From the IMG/VR virus record IMGVR_UViG_3300009506_000004, positions 32,001 through 96,000 of that record: a stretch of DNA of 64,000 nt. One strand, given 5' to 3'. The notes beneath the pieces were generated by a model. The model did no database searches. It worked only from the letters and a program-made list of their open reading frames with translations, and had not been told where the DNA came from. Shown in pieces: positions 36,546 to 46,900 of this stretch. The DNA is from a virus. A program made the position numbers and the translations under genes. Positions within the stretch are counted from its first letter, which is position 1. Every line of letters starts with the position of its first letter.

Positions 36546-36618
36546 AGCCAGTGGTAGGACTTGAACCCACAACCAATCGGTTACAAACCGATTGCTCTGC
36601 CAATTGAGCTACACGGGC
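36546..36618 (-). tRNA. tRNA-Thr(UGU)
   Basis: GCCCGTG/CACTGGC acceptor (one mismatch), ATCGG-TTTGTAA-CCGAT, GGTTCAAGTCC. Confidence 0.9.
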
Positions 36619-36621
36619 ACA

Positions 36622-36656
36622 GTTATACCATAATATTAATCATATCATGGTATAAC
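36622..36656. repeat. inverted repeat immediately upstream of tRNA-Thr
   Basis: GTTATACCAT...ATGGTATAAC 10-bp arms. Confidence 0.75.
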
Positions 36657-36687
36657 ACAAACAGAAGAACATACATGAACAATTTGC

Positions 36688-37410
36688 TTAAGCAGCAGCT
36701 ATCAAACCAAGAATCTCAGTAGTCCAGTCTTGACCCTCTTGTGCATCTGCCTCTTTAAGAAGCTGAATAATTGTTTCTCGACTTGGGTAATTCTCCACAT
36801 CATTACAAGTATTCACTTCATATTGCCCAGCTGGTGCTACACCAAAGGCAGGATCTGAACCACCAGCCTTAAGTACACCAAGAGCAAGCAAAGCAGCAAA
36901 CCAAAATCGTGGAACCACACCCGCTATTGTTTCTGCAAAAGCTGGATCTGTTGAACCACCAGTTAAACTACCACCATCAACAGTAGTCAATGCCACATCG
37001 CCACGTACTGAATCCCCACTAAATGTAAAAATGGTATTTGAACCACCACTACCAAATGGACCACCAGTCACTACAATATCACCAGCTATGTAACCAGTAA
37101 TACCAGCAGCAATAGCAGCAGCATCAACAGCAGCTTGAGTAACAGTAGCAGTAGCATTATAAGCTAATGTTTCCACATCAAATGTCTGTCCATCAGCTAA
37201 TTCAATAGTCAAATCCATTGTTCCACCAGTCCTATCTCCTGCCGAAGCTGTTTGAACTTCATCAACTGGAGCTAAGGTAGTGTTAGGATACCCAACATTA
37301 CACTTTCTACCAAGTTCTCGCTTTAACTTTTTATAAATGGGGTTAACATCTTCCCCACTAATATCAAAAGTAACGGCGCGAGAAATTGCATCACCTAAAA
37401 TTGTCGCCAT
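36688..37410 (-). CDS. putative virion structural or decoration protein
   Basis: DEVQT...GGT..L...LAYNATA..VQAA...DIVVTGGP beta module; Gly/Ala/Thr-rich. Confidence 0.6.
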   Translation of the reverse strand: MATILGDAISRAVTFDISGEDVNPIYKKLKRELGRKCNVGYPNTTLAPVDEVQTASAGDRTGGTMDLTIELADGQTFDVETLAYNATATVTQAAVDAAAIAAGITGYIAGDIVVTGGPFGSGGSNTIFTFSGDSVRGDVALTTVDGGSLTGGSTDPAFAETIAGVVPRFWFAALLALGVLKAGGSDPAFGVAPAGQYEVNTCNDVENYPSRETIIQLLKEADAQEGQDWTTEILGLIAAA

Positions 37411-37423
37411 CTTAAAACCCTCA

Positions 37424-37690
37424 CTAAATTTTAATCTCTATACCTTTCTGCAAAGCCATTTTCACAGGCTTACGATCTTTTCTCCATTTTGGCCAAAAAA
37501 TTGCAACAGCCATTTCTCCTACTTCACGTGGTTTACCCTGTCGAAAATATTCCACATTAAAAAACTTATTTAATTTATCTGACAAAATTTGTGGATCTAC
37601 TGGTATTTCATTATAATTATAATACCAAGTTTGAGAAACTACAGCAGCATCATAAGTCGTAGGTTTAGGCCATTTTATATAAACAATCAT
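37424..37690 (-). CDS. hypothetical protein
   Basis: ORF track. Confidence 0.65.
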   Translation of the reverse strand: MIVYIKWPKPTTYDAAVVSQTWYYNYNEIPVDPQILSDKLNKFFNVEYFRQGKPREVGEMAVAIFWPKWRKDRKPVKMALQKGIEIKI

Positions 37691-37702
37691 AATAAAACCT
37701 AT

Positions 37703-37734
37703 AAATATAGTACTGGTAAACCAGTACTATATTT
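37703..37734. terminator. perfect 14-bp hairpin, probable terminator after the SSB-like gene
   Basis: AAATATAGTACTGG-TAAA-CCAGTACTATATTT. Confidence 0.7.
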
Positions 37735-37746
37735 TTAATTATGTAA

Positions 37747-38478
37747 TTAACGAACACGTGTAGAAGTTTCTTTTTCTTCTACTTTTTCTACAACTTCAGG
37801 TTTCTTCAAAAATAATGCCAATTTTTCTTGGAATTCTTCTGGAGAAGGCATCTTATTAAATGGTGTCAAACAATCTGAAGCTTTTGGTGCAAACCACATA
37901 TATGGACCCTTTTCCACTAACTGGCTACGCAACGTCATTGGTTTTGGCCCACGTGGTTCTGTTTCATTTGTCAAACCTTTTTCAATCATATCTTGTGATA
38001 CCGGCATATAAGTATTAATTTTTGCAGATTCCACAAGTCCGCTAGCATTACCAGCAAAAAATTCATAATAATTACTAGTACTGCGCTCATATACTAAATA
38101 AGATGGACCATAAGCACATCCACTATCTTTAGTAGAAGATAAAGCTTTGATTCGCTTAAATAAATCAGAATTAACATCATTTGATTCTATTACATTGTCT
38201 AGATCTGACATATCTAATGCTTTTGCCTTACGCCACAAAACTAATACATCAATGGACAAACCCAAATCAATAACTTCTTCTTTAGAAACAGGTACACCAA
38301 AATGACCCTCTTCAACTAACCTCTTTTTAACTGCTTTACCACCACTATATAACTGGATACGTTGTAAAAAAGTAATGGCTCGTGATAAATCAGCGCTAGC
38401 TACTAAAGCTTGTACACCAAGTTCAGCCAATGCGCCATTTGAAAATAAATTATCCAATAACATAATTTCATTACTCAT
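37747..38478 (-). CDS. putative ssDNA-binding or recombination protein
   Basis: FL.RIQL N-terminal motif, OB-like aromatic pattern, location in the replication module; function inferred. Confidence 0.5.
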   Translation of the reverse strand: MSNEIMLLDNLFSNGALAELGVQALVASADLSRAITFLQRIQLYSGGKAVKKRLVEEGHFGVPVSKEEVIDLGLSIDVLVLWRKAKALDMSDLDNVIESNDVNSDLFKRIKALSSTKDSGCAYGPSYLVYERSTSNYYEFFAGNASGLVESAKINTYMPVSQDMIEKGLTNETEPRGPKPMTLRSQLVEKGPYMWFAPKASDCLTPFNKMPSPEEFQEKLALFLKKPEVVEKVEEKETSTRVR

Positions 38479-38485
38479 AATCTTC

Positions 38486-39457
38486 TCACTTTATCTTCTT
38501 TATCTTTATATTTCTGTTTAATCTTAACTGTCTTAATTCTTCCAATTCTTGTGAACGATATTTACCTAAAATTTCAAACCTTTCTTTATCACTCAATAAT
38601 CGTCTTACTTCTCTTACTTTTTTATTTATACTTTCATCATGTAAATTTAATGCCCATTTTAAAGCACATTTTGCCCCATCTAATGGGGTTTCAGCATTTT
38701 CTTGGACTATTATTTGTGATACATTAGATAACCTATCTAACTCAATTAATAAAGAATCCATTGTTTGAATAATAGGTCTTATTGTGTATCTATTATTTGC
38801 CCTTAACTCACCAGCTTCTGTTAAAATTTCATTTACTCTTTTCCCTACGATTAATTCAAACTCACGTCTTGTATATTTTTTAGCTAATCTTAAAAACTTT
38901 CTTTGTTCATCATGGTTTTTGAGCCTAGATAAAATTACAGCTTTACTTAGTGGTAAAGAACCTTGGCGAATCTTGAACTTTGCTTCATAACAAAGTTTAA
39001 GTAATTGCAATCTATCAGAAACCCACTTTGGACTCTTCTTTATTATTTTACCTAAATCTGTCAGAGTAGTAGGTATTCCAGCTTCTTCACGTAAAAGAAT
39101 CATTTTTTGCATTTGCTCTGCAAATTCTATAGGCTTTGTTTCATAGCTTATAGCATTAGCCTGAATTTGTAGAACAAGTATATCTTCGTCTTCTACACCT
39201 ACTTTAATTATACAAGGTATTTCCCCTATGTCAAGTATTTTGCACACAGAAAATCGCCACATTCCATCTATTATTTCATAATAACCATTTTTATTAGGAT
39301 GTTTCCTAACAAGAATACTATTTAAAATACCATATTCTCTGACAGAATCCATTAATTCATAAAATTCAATAGAACTTTCATATACATTCCTAAGCACTAT
39401 AGTTGGTGGAATCAATAAATCTGTCTTAATATTTGCAATTATATTTTGCTCAGTCAT
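38486..39457 (-). CDS. parB: second ParB-like protein
   Basis: L..SV...GIL..I.VR, YEIIDG.WR, AN, HTH (LG..IKKS..WVS.RL.LL). Confidence 0.85.
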   Translation of the reverse strand: MTEQNIIANIKTDLLIPPTIVLRNVYESSIEFYELMDSVREYGILNSILVRKHPNKNGYYEIIDGMWRFSVCKILDIGEIPCIIKVGVEDEDILVLQIQANAISYETKPIEFAEQMQKMILLREEAGIPTTLTDLGKIIKKSPKWVSDRLQLLKLCYEAKFKIRQGSLPLSKAVILSRLKNHDEQRKFLRLAKKYTRREFELIVGKRVNEILTEAGELRANNRYTIRPIIQTMDSLLIELDRLSNVSQIIVQENAETPLDGAKCALKWALNLHDESINKKVREVRRLLSDKERFEILGKYRSQELEELRQLRLNRNIKIKKIK

Positions 39458-39484
39458 TATAATCGGTTCTTATTCAAACGTCAA
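39456..39484 (-). promoter_or_regulatory. sigma70-type promoter overlapping the parB start codon
   Basis: TTGACG-17 nt-TATAAT. Confidence 0.5.
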
Positions 39485-39664
39485 AATAACCTCAAAATTA
39501 ATTTTCCTCGAATTTTTGAGGCATTTTTGCCTGTTATTTTATCACATGTGAGGTTTGAGATTTAAAGTTGGTCCCCGTGCCTCAATATATACAAATGATC
39601 AATTTTTAAAATATATACAGCAAATGTTGCCCCCACCAGCATCAAACTCAAAAAATTTTATTAT

Positions 39665-39692
39665 TTGACACCTTTTTAAAATATGCTATACT
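39665..39692 (+). promoter_or_regulatory. sigma70-type promoter for the primase operon
   Basis: TTGACA-16 nt-TATACT with extended TG; AAGGAG RBS before the ATG at 39732. Confidence 0.7.
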
Positions 39693-39731
39693 TGTAAAAG
39701 GCATTTTGTAGTTTTAAAAAGGAGCATATTT

Positions 39732-42500
39732 ATGATTCAATCCACTGTCAGCCAAGCATTGTCATCGTTTCTTAAAAGTATACCATATAACTATGCTATA
39801 GATATTACTAATAGGTACTCTATAGACATGGAAGTACAAATAATGGTGGATCCAATTAGGGGTAAACCCGTTTGGAAGGATGGTTCTATTGTTAGAAATA
39901 CATGGACACCAGATTCTGATACAGATGATGGCGAACATTTAATCCAAAAATATGGATCATATCAATTTTTTCATATAAGGATACCAAGAAACTCTATGTC
40001 TAATCCAACGTATACCGACATACCAATGAAATACCCATTAGGTGAACATGTTGAATGTGTTGGAATGACTGGTTGGAATTGGGGTAAACGCCAATCAGAA
40101 TGGGTAGCTTTTGATGTTGATGCGATAACTGGTCATGCTGTAGGTGTAGGGATTAACAATGAAATTATGGCTGAAGTAAAAGAACGTGCTTGTTCTATAC
40201 CTTGGGTCCAAGTTAGAAAATCAACTGGTGGTGGTGGATTACATTTTTATGTTTATTTTAATCCTAAAAAATTACCTGAAACAGAAAATCATACAGTTCA
40301 TCAAGCTTTAGCAAGATGTGTTTTGGGTCTTATGGAAAAAGAAACTGGTTTTGATTTTAGAGGTAATATGGATGTTCTTGGTGGTAACATGTGGATATGG
40401 CATAGGAAAATAAATTTAGAAAATCGCGGTTTAGAATTAATAAAAAACCATGATGATTATTGCCCTGAATTACCTAACAATTGGAGAGATAATCTAGAAG
40501 TCATACATGGAAAAACTACTAAAATTAGAGTACATGGTATAAATGATAAAGATTATGTAGCATTTGAAAATCAAGCATCATCTAGAACAAAAATTATTAT
40601 AGATGAAGTACATAAACAAATTGAAGAAAATATTGCAGATTTAGGTTACTCAATAGTTTGGATCCCAGACCATCACTGTTGGCAAACACATTCTAAGGCA
40701 TTTGAAGAGTTACATGAAAAATATCCAGAAGAATATTTAGGTATTTATAAAACTTTGTCTAAGGGTGAAAATAAAGGTAAACCAAATTCATTTGTTTTTC
40801 CTATGCAAAACGGTGGAATGAAAATAGTACGTTTTGGTAAAGGTACTAAAGAACATGAGACATGGATTCAAGATGGTTTAGATTGGACATGGACATATTT
40901 TAACAAATCTTCTACGCTTTATCAAGCAGCTGCGTTTTTTGATGGTTCTGAAGATCCTGATGGTAAAGGCTGGATATTTACTGATATCGAAAATGTAAAA
41001 AAAGTAACTGCATCATTAGGTGATAGATTACCATTAGAGGATTCTTGGGTTGATATTTTTGGGGAAACTCCTAGAAATATTTTACTTAGATCTAATAAAA
41101 ACAATCAACTCGTAGTAGAAATGGATAAAAATCCAGATGAAAAAACTCCAAAAGGTTGGATTGATAAAGGCAGAAAATTTATTAAATTGCTAAGAAATGC
41201 ATCAACTAATCCTATAAAAAATGAAGAAAATTTAGATATAGATAACAGGGTTCGTGCAGTTGTAGACACAAATAATGAATTTTCTCAATGGATGTTATTA
41301 AATGAAGATGGAGATTGGATAGTTCAAACAAAAGACAATGTACGTTCTGCTTTAAGAATTTGGTCACCTGGAGAAGGCGAAGATTTATTAGGACGATTAA
41401 TTATAAGAAATTGGAAAGTTGTCAATGTACCTTTTCAACCAGAATATTTAGGTCATAGACTTTGGAATAGATGCGCACCACATTTTAATATAATGCCAGG
41501 TGAATCTGGTTCACCACACCCTAACTGGGATTCTATACTAGAACATTGTGGACAAGATTTAGATAATGCAATAAGTACAAATATGTGGTGTAGAGAAAAT
41601 GGTATTATGAACGGTGCTGATTATTTAGCTTATTGGCTTGCATTTGTTTTTAGGGATCCTTATTGTAAATTACCATATTTATTTTTCTATGGTCCTCAAA
41701 ATAGTGGTAAATCAACTTTCCATGAAGCTGTTAGTCTTTTGGTGACCCGTGGTGTCCAAATAGCAGATGAAGCACTTAGAAATGCTAATGGATTCAATGG
41801 TGAATTAGCTGGTGCTGTTTTATGTATAGTTGAAGAAACAAATCTTTCTACTACAGGTAGTATGGCATATAATAGGATGAAAGCTTTTGTAACAGGTGAG
41901 TACATTTTAATACACCCAAAAAGATTACAACCTTATATGGTAAAAAATACTACACATTGGATCCAATGTGCTAATTGTAGAAGTTATGTACCAATTTTTC
42001 CAGGTGACACTCGTATTACTATCTTTTTAGTTCCTATGCCAGACGGACCAGAAATTCCTAAGGATTTACTAATGGAAAAATTAAAACTTGAATCACCAGC
42101 ATTTTTAAGAACTTTATTAGATATAAAATTACCACCCCCACCAGGAAGATTACGGTTACCAGTAATAGCTACTGAGAGCAAAATAGAAGCTGAAAGAGAA
42201 GTTGAAAGTTTAGTTGATAAATTTTTATTTTCAAAATGTTATTATATTCCAGGGGCTATAGTAAAATTCTCAGATTTTTATACAAAAATGTGTGAATGGA
42301 TGTCCAGAGATCAAGCATTTATATGGACATATCATAAAGTATGTAATGAGTTTAGAATAAGAGATTTTTTTCCTTATGTATTTGGGAGAGCTTTAAATAA
42401 TATATCGTGTATAGGAAATTTATCGTTTGATCCAAATCAAGAGCATTCAGCATCTTGGATACGGAAAAAACAAAGATTAGAAAGAGAAGAAAATGAGTGA
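39732..42500 (+). CDS. AEP-type primase-polymerase fused to an SF3 helicase
   Basis: FDVD (DxD), RKSTGG.GLHFY, Walker A GPQNSGKST, CIVEE, Q.AN, DTR. Confidence 0.88.
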   Translation: MIQSTVSQALSSFLKSIPYNYAIDITNRYSIDMEVQIMVDPIRGKPVWKDGSIVRNTWTPDSDTDDGEHLIQKYGSYQFFHIRIPRNSMSNPTYTDIPMKYPLGEHVECVGMTGWNWGKRQSEWVAFDVDAITGHAVGVGINNEIMAEVKERACSIPWVQVRKSTGGGGLHFYVYFNPKKLPETENHTVHQALARCVLGLMEKETGFDFRGNMDVLGGNMWIWHRKINLENRGLELIKNHDDYCPELPNNWRDNLEVIHGKTTKIRVHGINDKDYVAFENQASSRTKIIIDEVHKQIEENIADLGYSIVWIPDHHCWQTHSKAFEELHEKYPEEYLGIYKTLSKGENKGKPNSFVFPMQNGGMKIVRFGKGTKEHETWIQDGLDWTWTYFNKSSTLYQAAAFFDGSEDPDGKGWIFTDIENVKKVTASLGDRLPLEDSWVDIFGETPRNILLRSNKNNQLVVEMDKNPDEKTPKGWIDKGRKFIKLLRNASTNPIKNEENLDIDNRVRAVVDTNNEFSQWMLLNEDGDWIVQTKDNVRSALRIWSPGEGEDLLGRLIIRNWKVVNVPFQPEYLGHRLWNRCAPHFNIMPGESGSPHPNWDSILEHCGQDLDNAISTNMWCRENGIMNGADYLAYWLAFVFRDPYCKLPYLFFYGPQNSGKSTFHEAVSLLVTRGVQIADEALRNANGFNGELAGAVLCIVEETNLSTTGSMAYNRMKAFVTGEYILIHPKRLQPYMVKNTTHWIQCANCRSYVPIFPGDTRITIFLVPMPDGPEIPKDLLMEKLKLESPAFLRTLLDIKLPPPPGRLRLPVIATESKIEAEREVESLVDKFLFSKCYYIPGAIVKFSDFYTKMCEWMSRDQAFIWTYHKVCNEFRIRDFFPYVFGRALNNISCIGNLSFDPNQEHSASWIRKKQRLEREENE

Positions 42501-42954
42501 AATAGAATTAAAAGAATCAAATCCAAAAGAAGCAAGTGGTGATACTAAGTGTCCATTAGCATTAGTACCTGATACAATAGATGTTGAAGTAGCTATGGCA
42601 TATTTAGAAGGTGCTCTTAAATATGGTAGGTATAATTGGCGTATAAAAGGTGTACGTGCATCAACTTATGTATCTGCTGCTAAGCGTCATTTAAGTAAAT
42701 GGTTTAATGGTCAAGAATGTGATCCATTAACAAAAGTTAAGCATTTAGCAAATGCCATTGCATGTATTGGTATTATATTAGATGCAGATTTGTGTGGAAA
42801 ATTGGAAGATGATAGACCTCCTTCTATCCCAATAGATAAACTTATGGAAGACCAAAAACCACTAATTGAGCACTTAAAAAAGTTATATGGAGAATGTAAC
42901 CCAAAACAATATACAATAGCTGATAGTGAGAATGATCAAAATGATTATGAATGA
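42493..42954 (+). CDS. DUF5664-like dATP/dGTP diphosphohydrolase domain protein
   Basis: NPK...G..K.PL.LVP, GA.KYG..NWR, A..RHL..W..G...D, HLA.A, DDR. Confidence 0.82.
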   Translation: MSEIELKESNPKEASGDTKCPLALVPDTIDVEVAMAYLEGALKYGRYNWRIKGVRASTYVSAAKRHLSKWFNGQECDPLTKVKHLANAIACIGIILDADLCGKLEDDRPPSIPIDKLMEDQKPLIEHLKKLYGECNPKQYTIADSENDQNDYE

Positions 42955-43561
42955 ATTAAAATCTTTATCTAATTTATATGGTAACCCATTAGCATCAATA
43001 GATGTTGAAACTACTGGCAGAGTAGGTGGCTATCATGAAATTATTCAAATTGCAATAGTTCCTATGAATATGGATTTAACTATTGCTAATGTATCACCAT
43101 TTAATTTTTATATAAAACCAGAATACCCAGAACGCGCAGAAAATGAAGCTACAAGAATACATGGTATTGATATTTTTGATTTACAACTTAATGCGCCATC
43201 TTCCAGCAAAGTATTAGAATATTTAATAGATTGGTTTAAAAATTTACCAATTAGTTTCAATAAACGGCTTACACCATTAGCCCATAATTGGGCTTTTGAA
43301 CGGAGTTTTCTTTTACCGTGGATGGGACCTGAATTTATGGATTCTATTTTTACTCCATATCCACGTGATACTATGCTCTTAGCTAATAGTTTTAATGATA
43401 GAGCTGCTTTAATAGGTGCAAAAATTCCATTTCCAAATATTGGATTAAAAGCTATGTGTAGAATTTTTGGTATAGATCACCAACAACACCATAATTCTTT
43501 AAATGATGCAATAGTTACAGCTAAATTATATTCCAAAATGATATATAGCTCATTTAGATAA
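42926..43561 (+). CDS. DEDDh 3'-5' exonuclease (DnaQ/RNase T-like)
   Basis: IDVETTG, AHN..FE, RDT, H.SL.DA. Confidence 0.9.
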   Translation: MRMIKMIMNELKSLSNLYGNPLASIDVETTGRVGGYHEIIQIAIVPMNMDLTIANVSPFNFYIKPEYPERAENEATRIHGIDIFDLQLNAPSSSKVLEYLIDWFKNLPISFNKRLTPLAHNWAFERSFLLPWMGPEFMDSIFTPYPRDTMLLANSFNDRAALIGAKIPFPNIGLKAMCRIFGIDHQQHHNSLNDAIVTAKLYSKMIYSSFR

Positions 43562-43570
43562 AATAAAACT

Positions 43571-43894
43571 TTATTCTCTATATTTACATTCTTTACAAAT
43601 ATCGAAAGATACTTGGTCACCTCTATAATTACATTCACCATTTTTGCATATATGCATAGGTTTATAAGTACCATCACGATCAAGCATTATTCCAGTAAGC
43701 CTATATGAACATCCTACACCATTTGGTTTAAGAATTCTTTCATTATCTTGATCTGGTTCATATCCTTGAATCTTTAAAATAGTTTGCCCCTCTAAAAATT
43801 CAATAGATCCATCCCCATGTAATGTAGGCATATTAGTTTTTATTACAGTTTTAACTGGAATTTTAGACGGACTACCACATCCTCCACATGCCAT
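43571..43894 (-). CDS. Cys-rich small protein at the end of the tail operon
   Basis: ORF track; C..C at both ends; GGAG RBS. Confidence 0.7.
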   Translation of the reverse strand: MACGGCGSPSKIPVKTVIKTNMPTLHGDGSIEFLEGQTILKIQGYEPDQDNERILKPNGVGCSYRLTGIMLDRDGTYKPMHICKNGECNYRGDQVSFDICKECKYRE

Positions 43895-43905
43895 AATTTA
43901 ACTCC

Positions 43906-46900
43906 TTATGTTGGTAAATCACATGCATCACCAGCTGCTAATTGAAATACAGACCACGAACCATCATTTCCAGCTTCATACTGATGGCCAATCATGCCAC
44001 CTTCTTGTCCGGGTTCTGGCATTTCACAACCAGGTTGTATGTAGTCAAATTTTGTATAATAAACAGGATGATTAGCCCCTACAGTAGTTTTACTATCTAT
44101 CAAAGATTGTAAAGCTTGTGCAGCAGCATCACGAGCAGAAGCTGAATCAAAATGTAATGTCTCAGTAGGCTCGGCTACTTGGTTACCTACCCAACAGCCA
44201 TATTTCTCTGGTTCACTACAATAACACCAACCATTTGGCCTATTACATAAATATGGTGGTAATGGTTTTCTATCATCACACCATTCACCATTAGCTATAC
44301 GGACAGTTGTTACTGTTATTGAATAAATTGTTAATGACCAAAAACATTTATTTTGTTTACGTAATTCTTCATCATCTGGTAATTCATCGGCATATTCTTT
44401 CTGCTTATCACCATCATCAGTTTCTGTTCCACCAGTATCATTAAGGCTACCAGCCCCATCACCAGTACCTGCTCCTTGAGTGGAACCAGTACCAGTATTA
44501 CCAACACCAGTTAGTTGATTTTGTAAAGCACTATTAGTACCTTCTTGTTGAATGTTATTTGCGTCAGCATTTAATTTTGTTTGACTATATTCATTAACAG
44601 GTGACTGTTGCGGTGGAACTTCTGTATTATCATTATGTATAGGAACAGTTGGTGTAGTATCATCAATATCAGATGGTTGCTGGTCACCATGATCTGGCCT
44701 ACATCTCCCTTGTAGATCAATTGGTCTAGTATAAGTTGCTCCACCACTAATACTACTACAAGGTGAGTCACTACCAAAACTAAAACCTTGAGTTAATTGT
44801 AATGGGCTTCCTAAAACATGGCCGCTTGGGGCATCAACATCAACATTAGGTCCAGAACCACCAGCATTGCCAAATTGTAAATCTTCATTAGTTGGATGAA
44901 GTGTATCTATTGATATTTGTGACGGGTAATGAAATGGATAGGCTGTCATTTCCCCAGCTCTTACTGGAGTTTGAAGTACCAAATCAATAGCATGATCTTC
45001 TGAATTATAGACAGCTGTTTCAACTCTACATTTAATTATTTCATCAGCTATATCCGGTAAATTTACATAACATCCGTCTATTGATTCAAGTGCTAATTTA
45101 CTTATTGGGACTTGGCACATAATTCTTTTCCAAGTATTAGCCATTCTAATTAACCAAAAAGTAGCTGACTTAGTTACTAATTTTTGAGTGTTAAAACAAT
45201 AAAAATCAAATGTTTCTTCTTGTGTCCCGTATTTTCTAACATTATATCTAACAATAACTTTATACGGATCCTCTAAGTCAAGCGATGGTCGCCATTCAGC
45301 TATGAGTTTAGTAACTAAATCTTCTGTATTAGTATGATCCATTATTAATGAATTAGCTAACACATCACTTTCTGTTATTATACCATCTTCTGCTGGTTCT
45401 TCTGATAAATATGTTAAATGAAATTGGTCATTTCTTAATGTTAAAGCACATCTATTTTGGAATGACATCTCTTGTAGTAATTGTAATATATTTTTTCTAC
45501 CAGGAACCCTAAAATTCATAGGATATTTTACCATTTTTGTCCTGACTTCATCAAAACTATCATCCCATGTAAAATTAGTGTATTTGTTAATTAACCATTT
45601 CATTATATCAACCATATTTGGTCCTATGGTTGATGTTAATGTTACATAAATATCATCCTCCCATCCATCACCGCGAGAAGATAGTGATTGTGTTAACACA
45701 ACTTCAGATACTAAATATTCCTGGAAATTAGAATTTCTAGCATACCAATATGTATTTGGTACAGTTGTAAATTGACGTAAGTTACTGACACTAAACGTTT
45801 TCCATGCTTTTAAATAATGGACTGTAGAAGGTAATAAATTTACAATATATACATATTCATCGTCACCAATTAATGTAACTTCTGATCCTGGGTCAGCCCA
45901 GAAAAATCCTACTTCTCTAAAACTCGATAAATAGTTCCATGCTTCTTGCTCTAAACTAGTGTCATTTGCACCAACTAAATAAGCAGAGGAAGTCATAGAA
46001 ATTTGCCAACCACTACATTCTGGTGGGAGCACACATGACTGAATATATGGGTCAGTATTAGCACTATTATCAGTACCATAACCTGTATCACAACCGAAAT
46101 TTTTGATTTCAGGTATAGGTACTGTTTCTAAAGCTGGATGTATATATCGTTCAACACGGAAAGTATCACCATAGAATTTACCACTAACTTTAGCACCTGC
46201 AATATTTAAAGTAATAAATTTCTGCTGTGGAAACTTAGAGCCATTTATTATTTCTATTTCTTCATATTCATATTGTTGTTGCACAGCTAAATTTAATTCA
46301 GCTTCACAATAAATAGCTCTTTTTTTACATTCACATCTAGCATCTGTATTATATTGAGCTTCAATCTTTAATGGAGCAGCACCCCATACATTAGTAGCAT
46401 GAGCCCATGAAGTTCTAAACCCTATGAATATAACTGGGCAGCAAACTTGCCTTGCTTGCTCAGCTCTAGGAGCAAGCATATAATCATGTATACCAAATCC
46501 AGTTTTTAAAATACCTGTCCTGGGGGATCTAGTTTTTAAAGCTGGTGAATTTTTTACTCTACCAAAGATAAGTGGCCATGGTTGACCTTGTAGATATTCT
46601 GGTACATATGTAAAATCACCCTCCTCCATTGAAAAACCAACTTCAGCATCTTCAATCCTTGTAATAATATCAAAAGATACTGTTCTATCACCTTCATTCC
46701 ATTGCATTGGGCTAGAAATTTGCCCCTTAAATATTAAAAATTTGTCATCTAGTGATAAACCTGTAAACCATTGATAAACCCAACATGGTTGCTTATGAAT
46801 ATCATTTTGATTTATTATATTTTTTATTGTACCATCACTATCATCTATTGTTATAGATATTTGCTGTGAATCACCTGAAGTACCACTTTGAACACCTTGT

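Noticed and set aside
3734-42954. Z-base (2-aminoadenine) genome
   Set aside because: No PurZ in the window, and a Dam-like adenine methyltransferase is present
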